A DNA stretch of 32,000 nt. Origin: Polynucleobacter necessarius. GTDB taxonomy: Bacteria > Pseudomonadota > Gammaproteobacteria > Burkholderiales > Burkholderiaceae. The notes beneath the pieces were generated by a model that was not told the DNA's origin, did not search any database, and saw only the letters and a program-made list of their open reading frames with translations. Location of the stretch: assembly GCF_900095195.1 (NCBI RefSeq), contig NZ_LT606950.1, positions 606,164 through 638,163 of the forward strand. The letters run 5' to 3'. Made by a program: the position numbers and the translations under genes. Every line of letters starts with the position of its first letter. Position 1 is the stretch's first letter. Shown here one piece after another: positions 9,450 through 18,972 of the stretch.

Positions 9450-9896
9450 CTACAGTAGAACCGAATCAAAACCTTCTTTGCTAATGTATTCAATCCATCC
9501 ATTAGTTAGATACGGTGATAGATGAACCTCCCCATAAGCCCAATCCATCTTTTTGTGAATTTTCATTAGATTGCCGATAAATTCAGATCGCTCAATATGA
9601 GTCGGTATTCCTAGTGCTAAGTGAAGGTGAAGCCTTTTTTCAATGTCACCTTTTTCGACACAGCAGATTGAATTTAATCGCTCATATCCAACTCGATATT
9701 TTCGTTTGAGTATTCTTTCATTTAGCCGCTTTCTAAGCCAATGTCCTGATTTCTCCGCTTGCTCTATAGAGTTATTTATTTGATGAATGGAGTGCCTCTT
9801 CTTTAGGTTTACTGTCACTGCAAGGTCAAATGGGCCTTGTTTAGCTAGAAATTCAGTAACTTTTTGTGAGGATGGTTTGCGGAAATTGTTGTGCAT
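9450..9896 (-). CDS. hypothetical protein with HUH-endonuclease-like motif arrangement
   Basis: 148-aa ORF. Beta-strand-like FDLAVTVNL sits at residues ~23-31, H-L-H in RLHLHLALG at 90-92, and Y-I-S-K in GWIEYISKEG at 137-140. The order and spacing resemble Rep / Y1-transposase motifs I-II-III. This is motif-level inference only. Confidence 0.45.
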   Translation of the reverse strand: MHNNFRKPSSQKVTEFLAKQGPFDLAVTVNLKKRHSIHQINNSIEQAEKSGHWLRKRLNERILKRKYRVGYERLNSICCVEKGDIEKRLHLHLALGIPTHIERSEFIGNLMKIHKKMDWAYGEVHLSPYLTNGWIEYISKEGFDSVLL

Positions 9897-10063
9897 TCAA
9901 AACCTTTTTGAATTCTGAATATGAATTTTTCCAATCTCTATGACTGCATAGTCAAAACACTCCTAGTTAATCAAAACTCGTCAAGCAGGCATTAATAAGG
10001 CTGAATTTTTTATGAGGAATGGTTTGTTTTTTTGAATAAACCATTGTGCAGCCTGGAAAGGCT

Positions 10064-10703
10064 GGGGAAGATGTGGCTTCGCCCATAAGCATGCTCGTTA
10101 CTATGCCGGTAAGGATGCTGATGGCAAATCGATCTTTAAATCCAAAAATAAACCGTATGCTCCAGCAACAATTAATCGCTACGCAGCAGCTATTAGTGCA
10201 TTGTTTACATGGTGCATTAAAAGACGAATCGCACCTAAACGCTGGGAGCACCCTCGCAAAGCAATTGAGCGTAGACCTGAAAACAATGAAATTGTTCGCT
10301 TCTTAAGCGATAGTGAACGACATGCTCTTTTGCAAGCTTGCAGGGAGTCAAAACTATATCTGTTAACGTTCTGGGCATTACAACCGGAGCTCGCAAGGGT
10401 GAGCTCAAAGGATTGCGATGGTCAGATATCAATCTTGAGAGAGGGGAAGCGTATTTAGCCATTACAAAAAACGGAAACCGTAAGACCTTACCTTTACTGC
10501 CAACAATCATTGAAGAAATGATGAAATTTGAACAGCCCCTGAATCAACACATTTTTGCCTCAAAGAGAATGCCTGATAGGCCTTATAACCATGAGGATAG
10601 ATGGAAGCAGGCCCTTAAGAAAGCCAAAGTGTCCGTTACTACAACATTTGGTGCAATAAATGAGTCAAACACAAAAAAGCTTAGATTCATTAATAAGTCT
10701 TGA
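10064..10703 (+). pseudogene. tyrosine recombinase (phage integrase family), central fragment on the opposite strand
   Basis: ARYYAGKDADGK...APATINRYAAAISALFTWCIKRRI...VRFLSDSERHALLQACRES, then a frameshift near 10365-10372, then GITTGARKGELKGLRWSDINLERGEAYLAITKNGNRKTLPL...WKQALKKAKV. No HxxR or catalytic Tyr region was found downstream. Confidence 0.75.
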
Positions 10704-10715
10704 GGCTTATAGGAG

Positions 10716-10987
10716 TTATTAGAAAGCTCTTCAATCGCAAAGAAGATGTGATCCTCATCAACCTCATTTAAGGGGAGGGTCCCAAGTTTCACTTGCCAAC
10801 AAGCAATACGCTGAGCAAGCGACTTATCATTGCCTTGATAGCAGGCCATGTAGGCATTAATTGCTTGGGAGATGGTGATATTGCCGTTACCCTCAGAAAG
10901 GGCGGTAAGGCTTGTTTTAGGACTTGTGGTGCCGGAAATCACCGACAAGCTCGCAAACGGAACATCTAAAGACTCGTAACGATTCAT
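10716..10987 (-). pseudogene. tyrosine recombinase N-terminal fragment adjacent to tRNA-Asn
   Basis: ATG 10987 follows a GGAG. The sequence is MNRYESL...ITISQAINAYMACYQGNDKSLAQRIACWQVKLGTLPLNEVDEDHIFFAIEELSNNS (SAM-like N-domain). Homology ends near 10716, where the rest of the gene continues on the other strand. Confidence 0.65.
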
Positions 10988-11068
10988 TTTTAACTCCAAT
11001 TTAGGTGACCGCTTTTTCACCAGCGGACTAAAGTGGGAGTCTTAAAAGCCCCGTTACTATAAGGTATT

Positions 11069-11144
11069 TGGCTCCTCGACCTGGGCTCGAACCAGGGACC
11101 TACGGATTAACAGTCCGGCGCTCTACCGACTGAGCTATCGAGGA
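11069..11144 (-). tRNA. tRNA-Asn (anticodon GUU)
   Basis: 76-nt cloverleaf folded by hand: TCCTCGA/TCGAGGA acceptor, GCTC/GAGC D stem, anticodon loop CTGTTAA, CCTGG-TTCGAGC-CCAGG T arm, encoded CCA. It is close to E. coli tRNA-Asn. Confidence 0.95.
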
Positions 11145-11165
11145 ATAAGCCGACATTGTAGCAAG

Positions 11166-12051
11166 ATGCAATCACTACTTCCCACTTCCATAGAGATCCC
11201 TAAAGTACTGACCATTGCTGGCTCTGACAGTGGTGGAGCGGCAGGGGTTCAGGCCGATCTCGAGGTGATCACCGCACTGGGCGGCTATGGCATGTCTGTC
11301 ATCACGGCGATTACTGCTCAAAATACCCTCGGGGTGTCGCGTATTCAGGATGTTGCTGTAGAGGTGGTTGAGGCACAAATCGATGCCGTATTGACAGACA
11401 TTGGCGCAGATATTGTCAAGATTGGCATGTTGGCGAGCCCAGAAATTGTGAAAACGGTCGCACACAGCCTGCGTAAGCATGGCATCAAACGGATTGTTCT
11501 GGATCCTGTGCTATCTATGTGCAACTTCTGGCGCAAGTTTTGGTGGTGACGATACTGCTCAAGCGATGATCGCGCATTTGTTTCCCATAGCAACGTTGAT
11601 CACACCAAATTTAGATGAAGCTTCTTTATTGTTAGGCTGTGACATTCTGGGTCCGGAGGATTTCCAATCAGCCGCACACGAATTGTTGGACATGGGTCCA
11701 CAAGAAGTCCTGATCAAAGGCGGCCATCTAGATGCTACGCATACCCAAATTACCGATTACTTGATGTGGCGTTCTGTTGAAGATAATCTGGAAGTTATTC
11801 AAACGAAAGAATTTAAACACTATCGCGTTAATACTCCGAACACACACGGTACGGGTTGTTCGCTTGCATCGGCGATCGCTACATATCTAGCCGATGATCA
11901 CGATCTGACCCACGCTGTTGCTAAAGCCATTGCCTATGTGGAGGCGGGTTTAGAAGCAGGGCGTTTCTTGAGCATTGGCGATGGTCCTGGGCCCTTATGG
12001 CATATGCATGATTTCTATCCAACAGCCTTGTTGGATGAAAAAGATCGGTAA
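11166..12051 (+). pseudogene. thiD: hydroxymethylpyrimidine/phosphomethylpyrimidine kinase, frameshifted
   Basis: VLTIAGSDSGGAAGVQADL...KIGML...VLDPV is in one frame. ATSGASFGGDD...ITPNLDEA...KGGH...THGTGCSLASAIA is in another. The switch coincides with ctatctat (11511-11518). Removing 4 nt restores VLDPVLCATSGA. Confidence 0.85.
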
Positions 12052-12071
12052 TAACAACCCTGATTTAGAGC

Positions 12072-12998
12072 TTATGCCTGCATCAGTGCTTGAAGGTGTT
12101 GCACAGCAGCTTTAGGGTCTTTGGCCTGTGTAATTGCTCGAACAACAGCAACTGACCCAGCGCCACTTTTAGCTACCGCATGAATACTCTCTTGATCAAT
12201 ACCGCCAATTGCGACTAATGGGTAGTGACTCATGAGTTTGGCATATTGGTAAAGTCTTCCTAGTCCCTGAGGTGCTGTTGGCATCTTTTTGAGGGTGGTA
12301 GCAAAGATAGCACCCATTGCACTATAACTGGGACAAAAGCGATCGGCATAAGCCATCTCGGCATAGCCATGCGTGCTAATGCCTAATCACAAGCCAGCAT
12401 CCCGAATCTTTTCAAGGTCGGCGGTTTCAAGATCCTGTTGATCTAGGTGAACACCGTAAGCTTCCGCGTTAATCGCTTCTTGCCAATAATCATTAATGAA
12501 GAGCAAGGTTTTGCTACCTTGTGTCGCATTCACCGCTTCTTTAATCTGGCGACGAATTTTGAAACGATCTTCTGCTTTGAAACGTAATTGCACAGTAGGA
12601 AGTTCCGCATCAACCATCCGTTTTACCCAATCCACATCGGGCATTACGCCATTTAGCCCAAGGCGCTTCGGACATTCTTTAAACGCATTGGGATTCATAT
12701 TGCGAGTCCATGGCAACAAATCAAAGTGCTCAAGCCTGCTAGGCCATTTAAAGGGGTTAAAGCCGCCATCCTGTGTGGTCATGCGAGACCATGCCTTACC
12801 AAGCACCTTGGCATCTGCTTCGATAAAACCCATTTCCACTGCTGCAAGGCCGCCCGCCATTTCATAGTGATCGGCCGCGGCTTCATTGTCAATCTGCGGC
12901 GAAGGAGAGCTCATCGAAAATGGCGGAATTGGAATACATAAATCATCATTTTGATGAGCTTGGATGATTTGATCGGCAAGGTCGCGTATGAGGCTCAT
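12072..12998 (-). pseudogene. thiE: thiamine-phosphate synthase (long form) with in-frame stop
   Basis: The two ORFs are in the same frame, separated by TGA at 12387-12389: ...KIRDAGL * LGISTHGYAEMAYA...IFATTLK...VAIGGI...GAGSVAVVRAI. Confidence 0.8.
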
Positions 12999-13008
12999 GT
13001 CCTAGTCC

Positions 13009-13770
13009 TTAGGCTTGATGCCAAAATGGTTTGCCCACTAAGGGGGTGATGGCTTGCGCAGATTCTTGAGGCTTCATTGCGCCAGAGAGATAGGCGGTAC
13101 GGCCTGCTTCGACAGAGGTAGCAAATGCTTTTGCCATAGCAACGGGATCATTTGATAGTGCCACTGCAGTATTGAGTAACACCCCATCAAAACCCAATTC
13201 CATAACGGCGCATGCGTGGGAAGGTAAGCCCAGACCAGCATCCACAATGAGTGGTACGTTCAAACGATCGCGCAGTAACTTCATGGCGTATGGGTTAAGT
13301 AGGACCCTGTTCAGTGCCTATTGGCGCAGCCCATGGCATTACCGCTTGGCAACCAACATCCACTAAACGTTGGCACAAAATTAAATCTTCAGTGCAATAC
13401 GGCAATACCTTAAAACCCTCTTTAATCAGTATCTCAGCAGTTTGTACGAGACGTAGGGTATCGGGTTGCAGGGTGTAATCATCACCAATGAGTTCCAATT
13501 TAATCCAATCGGTCTCAAAGACTTCGCGTGCCATATGCGCAGTGGTGATGACTTCTTGTGGACTATGACAGCAGCAGTATTTGGTAAAACGGGCACTGCC
13601 ATTTTTTTGAGTAAATCCCAAAATCCGTTGTGTGCTTCGGTAGTGCTAGTGCCATGACGGCGCAGACTGACCGTAATCATGGCTGGACGAGAGGTCTCTA
13701 CCGCATCTTCTAGTACTTGTGGTGAAGGATAGCGCGAGGCTCCCAATAGCACTTCACCTTCAAAATTTGC
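13009..13770 (-). pseudogene. thiG: thiazole synthase, 5'-truncated and frameshifted
   Basis: NFEGEVLLGASRY..MITVSLRR...LPNTA, shift, [29 protein letters not shown]...[13 protein letters not shown], shift, [39 protein letters not shown]. There are at least two 1-nt indels, near 13575 and 13300. The first ~10-15 codons are absent. Confidence 0.85.
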
Positions 13771-14291
13771 AGCTCACTTAGTAGTGCATCTAGCAACTGA
13801 CGATTATCGAGTTGACCCTCGTTCTGCAACAACAATCCCTGGGTAAAGCGATCTGCTACACCAGGCTCTATAGTTCGCAATTGAGCGCTATCGAGTTTTT
13901 GAGGGAGGCTTAATAGTGGATTGTGGCGACAGTTCGTCTCTAAGTGACTGGTAAAGCGCGCTGCCTCATGGGCATCTTGCCGATGCCACAAAATTAAGGT
14001 GCCATCTTGTTGAAAAAATATAGGCTTTAACAATGTATCAATCAGCTCTTTCCATCGAGGTAGGCTGTAGGTGCCCATGCGCACCACAGAATCTTCGGTA
14101 ATGGCAGATCCTGCGAGTGGCGCCAGTATTGCAGCAGCAATGCGCGCTGCAGCACCATCAGCATTTGAATCTCCCTGATCATAAAGATCAATCTTAGCCC
14201 CACAACGAGCTTAGCCCCACAACGAGCAAGGGCAACCGCCAACAACCGACCCATGAGGCCGGCGCCAACAATTGCATATCTGCTATTCATG
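13771..14291 (-). pseudogene. thiO: glycine oxidase-type thiamine biosynthesis oxidoreductase, duplicated insert plus 3' truncation
   Basis: ATG 14291, MNSRYAIVGAGLMGRLLAVALARCGA (FAD fold), broken by the 17-bp duplication. The reconstructed frame runs to ...GQLDNRQLLDALLSELQ and then abuts thiG, so the C-terminal half is missing. Confidence 0.75.
14194..14227. repeat. exact 17-bp tandem duplication (ttagccccacaacgagc x2) inside thiO
   Basis: Read directly: 14194-14210 equals 14211-14227. Deleting one copy gives one continuous frame from ARCGAKIDLYDQGDSNADGAAARIAAAILAPLAGSAITEDSVVRMGTYSL... to the truncation point. Confidence 0.95.
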
Positions 14292-14312
14292 GGGCTGCCT
14301 GAACTCATGATG

Positions 14313-16257
<1,945 letters not shown>

Positions 16258-16304
16258 GTCCATCTCCGAATAATGTTCGATGGACGAAACCGGGTGTTGG
16301 TCTG

Positions 16305-16395
16305 ATGTAACTCCCCACGCCAGCATTACCTGGATCGGGTTCGAGGGTCTTTCTCAACGCCTTTTATCAAAACTGCAAAAGGGCACCCCTGTTTC
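16305..16395 (-). promoter_or_regulatory. TPP (THI-box) riboswitch upstream of thiC
   Basis: The minus strand reads CAGGGGUGCCC...GGCGUUGAGAAAGACCCUCGAACCCGAUCCAGGUAAUGCUGGCGUGGGGAG. This matches the conserved GGGGUGC / CUGAGA / ACCC / GAACCUGAUC / GGUAAU / GCG / GGGA layout. Two deviations are visible: UUGAGA and CCCGAUC. Confidence 0.8.
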
Positions 16396-16408
16396 ATCCT
16401 TAAGGGGG

Positions 16409-16439
16409 ATTTAACCACGCTAGGCATGACCCCAATCAA
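16409..16439 (-). promoter_or_regulatory. candidate sigma70-type promoter for the riboswitch-thiC transcript
   Basis: On the minus strand: TTGATT (16439-16434), a 19-nt spacer, then TGgTTAAAT (extended -10, hexamer 16414-16409). This sits ~15 nt upstream of the riboswitch. The spacer is longer than optimal, so the call is weak. Confidence 0.25.
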
Positions 16440-16474
16440 GATCTGCTATCCAGTCATTTGACGGGCAATAAGGA

Positions 16475-17398
16475 CTACTTATTGTGACGCAAAATGAAGT
16501 CTGCTGTCACAAACGCGGCATCACTCGTAAATTCATCGGCAAGAATGCGGGCCGCAGCTTCTGCATAGGAAACCTCGATAAATCCGCTGACTTCGCCATC
16601 ATGGTTGGTGGGGATAAAGTTATCCGTTAGCTCCAAGTCATAAATAAAGAGCCGTTCGTCATGAAAACCCCTTCCTGGAAGGGGACGACGCATGTGTATC
16701 CGTCCTACCGGTTCGATTTCATCCGAAATCTGCGCGGGGACACCAGCTTCCTCCCAGAGCTCACGACGAGCGCTAATCCATGGTGTTTCATCGGCACTAA
16801 TACCGCCAGCGGCAAGATTATCTAACTGGCCTGGATCGGTTGGTTTATTTTCACTGCGTCTACCTAACCAAATCGTATTACTTTTCGTGTAACCGTTAAT
16901 GTGCGTTGCCATGCTGCGAAAGCCAAAGGTGCGAAATGCAGCACGCTCTAAGCGAAAATATTTGTGTCCATTTTGATCGACCCAGGCAAACTCCTCGTTT
17001 CGCCAACCCGGAATATATCCACCAAGACGCAATATATTTGCCAATTGATTCAAGCTTGCTGAAAGTTCCCTAGGTTTGCCTAGATGAATGGAGAGACGAT
17101 CACTTCCGATGGAGATGAGCGGAATGGAATGCTTTTTAAGCGCATCCTGTAAGTAGGAAATGAATTCTGGGTTGAAGTGACCAATGATTTGCTGTTCCGT
17201 TGCACCACGCACAAAAAAAATGGGCATGAAATCGGCAGGAGCTGGGCGCGCTGTATTTTGGAGCATCTCCTCTAGGGCAGCCATGGTGCTGGTGGATAAG
17301 GTCGGCATATTTGGGAGTGTAAGGGAACTTGCGTCAATTAGCAGTGATATATCAATCTGCCTACCATAAAACTGAAAAGTTTTTATTTGCAAATGCAC
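16475..17398 (-). CDS. Nudix hydrolase with long N-terminal domain (thiamin-cluster-associated type)
   Basis: Intact 307-aa ORF with a complete Nudix box: GGISADETPWISARRELWEEAGV fits Gx5Ex7REUxEExGU. It has a ~170-aa N-terminal extension and lies immediately upstream of the riboswitch-thiC unit. Confidence 0.75.
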   Translation of the reverse strand: MHLQIKTFQFYGRQIDISLLIDASSLTLPNMPTLSTSTMAALEEMLQNTARPAPADFMPIFFVRGATEQQIIGHFNPEFISYLQDALKKHSIPLISIGSDRLSIHLGKPRELSASLNQLANILRLGGYIPGWRNEEFAWVDQNGHKYFRLERAAFRTFGFRSMATHINGYTKSNTIWLGRRSENKPTDPGQLDNLAAGGISADETPWISARRELWEEAGVPAQISDEIEPVGRIHMRRPLPGRGFHDERLFIYDLELTDNFIPTNHDGEVSGFIEVSYAEAAARILADEFTSDAAFVTADFILRHNK

Positions 17399-17483
17399 AA
17401 CTGGATGGTGGACTTGCTGCTGATTATTTGGGCAAGCCAGGTCGCTCTATACAAATCTGCGACTTACGAAAACTTTTGCCGAT

Positions 17484-17506
17484 TTATCCACAATGGCTGT
17501 GGATAA
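17484..17506. promoter_or_regulatory. inverted pair of perfect DnaA boxes (TTATCCACA-atggc-TGTGGATAA)
   Basis: Read directly. Both 9-mers equal the E. coli high-affinity consensus TTATCCACA. They lie between tRNA-Arg and the Nudix gene start, 86 bp upstream of the latter. Confidence 0.6.
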
Positions 17507-17521
17507 CTCTGAAAGAGTTGT

Positions 17522-17596
17522 TGGTCCCGCCGACAGGAATCGAACCTGTATCCCACGCTTAGGAGGCATGTGCACTATCCATTGTGCTACGGCGAG
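17522..17596 (-). tRNA. tRNA-Arg (anticodon CCU)
   Basis: 75-nt cloverleaf folded by hand: CTCGCCG/CGGCGGG acceptor (one T-G pair), GCAC/GTGC D stem, CATGC-CTCCTAA-GCGTG anticodon arm, ACAGG-TTCGATT-CCTGT T arm, ACCA end. Confidence 0.9.
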
Positions 17597-17608
17597 ATGA
17601 GCTATTTA

Positions 17609-17755
17609 CTACCAACCACAAAGCGCCCATACTTGATTGGTCAGTGCAACCACCGTATCGGGAGCATAGTACGCTGAAAAAATCAGAATGAGTGCGAAGC
17701 ACGCAAATCCATACCCGATAATTTTCCAGAGAGTGGAAGATCTTGTTCTAAGCAT
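17609..17755 (-). CDS. possible small membrane protein (48 aa)
   Basis: MLRTRSSTLWKIIGYGFACFALILIFSAYYAPDTVVALTNQVWALCGW*, absent from the track because it is under 60 aa. It has one hydrophobic helix. Its ATG overlaps the reconstructed MFS stop (ATGCTTAG). There is no family call. Confidence 0.3.
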   Translation of the reverse strand: MLRTRSSTLWKIIGYGFACFALILIFSAYYAPDTVVALTNQVWALCGW

Positions 17756-18952
17756 TAGCTACTCGAGTAATCGCAGGCTCCTTTACAGGCAGGTTTACTA
17801 AGAATGCAAATATACCTAGAGCGATAGCAATTTGCCAAACGACCAGATAAGAGCCCTGTACGGTCGAATAAATAGCCACCTAGAAATGGTCCACAAAAAC
17901 TTCCTAATTGATGGGAGAAAAAGACAAGACCTGAGAGCATGGTTAGATATTTCACACCAAAAATTTGTGCAACGAGCCATTGGTTAGTGGAATAGTAGAA
18001 AGCCAGAGAAAGCCCATGATGGCCGCAAAAACGTATGTGCTTAGTGGGCTAGGGGGGATCCATAAGAATTCGGTAATGGCAAATGCTCGGCTCAAATAAA
18101 TTCCAGAGAGTAAATACCGCCTCGGAAAACGTTGACCGAGATATCCAGAACTGTAGGTGCCAAAGATATTAAATAATCCAATCAGGGCTAACGCAGTCGT
18201 CGCAACCGCAGGTGAGCCCGCGGATGGATAACTCGCCGAGAGATCCTTAAGGTAGGGTGCCAAATGTACGGCAATAAACACCACCTGAAAACCACAGACG
18301 AAATAACCCAGTGTTAACAGCCGAAAGCTTGGGTTACCGATTGCCTCTTTTAGAGCCTCTTTAATCGTTTGATCGCCTAAGGAATGGTGATATGCAAAAT
18401 TTTTCTCGCGCAACATGAATGCCGTGGGAATCATCAGGCTTGCCATCAACGCTAACAGGAGTAAGGCATCTTGTGCCCCAAATGCACTCAATAGCCCTTG
18501 TTCTGCTGGAATCATCAGAAATTGGCCAAACGATCCTGCAGCAGCCGCAATTCCCATGGCCCAGACACGCTTGTTCGCAGGAACGTTGCGCCCCAGAATT
18601 CCGTACACCACGCTATAGGTCGTTGCGGTTTGCGCTAATCCAATAAGTAATCCGCCGGCGATCGTGAAATTGAGTGCATCACTGGATATGCCCATGCCTG
18701 CTAAGCCAAGCGCATACAGTGCGCCACCCACAATCATGATCTTGAAAGCACCATAGCGATCCGCCAGAGCCCCAGTAATTGGGTTGCACCGCACCAAATC
18801 AAGTTTTGCAAGGCAATTGTGAGGGCAAGGGTCTCTCGACCCCAACCGTTAGCCATGGTGATGGGGAGATTAAATAAGCCAAAGCCATGCCGAATCCCCA
18901 TGGACATGGTCACGATCAGCCCGCCAAAAATGAGAACCTGTTTTATCGACAA
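17748..18952 (-). pseudogene. MFS transporter, frameshifted
   Basis: MSIKQVLIFGGLIVTMSMGIRHGFGLF...QNLIW, shift, PITGALADRYGAFKIMIVGG... (12-TM-like body) ...PLTNG, shift, VAQIFGVKYLTMLSGLVFFSHQLGSF..FDRTG, shift, SYLVVWQIAIALGIFAFLVNLPVKEPAITRVANA*. That is at least three frameshifts. Confidence 0.8.
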
Positions 18953-18972
18953 AGAAGCATTCGTTGAAGTTA

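Larger units (their letters stand above)
6502..11113. mobile_element. degenerate integrative island inserted in tRNA-Asn (~4.6 kb)
   Basis: It is bounded by the 49-bp direct repeat, with integrase fragments next to the intact tRNA. The cargo is visibly AT-rich. Spot counts give 17/60 GC for lines 7561-7620 and 8701-8760, versus 30/60 for backbone line 12601-12660. Confidence 0.8.

Noticed and set aside
9967-10306. ORFs 9967-10251 (-) and 10046-10306 (+) as independent island genes.
   Set aside because: They are out-of-frame or antisense readings of the integrase central fragment and carry no motifs of their own.
17484-17506. The DnaA-box pair as the chromosomal replication origin.
   Set aside because: I see only two boxes, no adjacent AT-rich unwinding repeats, and no dnaA/dnaN/gyrB neighbourhood. 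I kept it as a regulatory or titration-site candidate instead.
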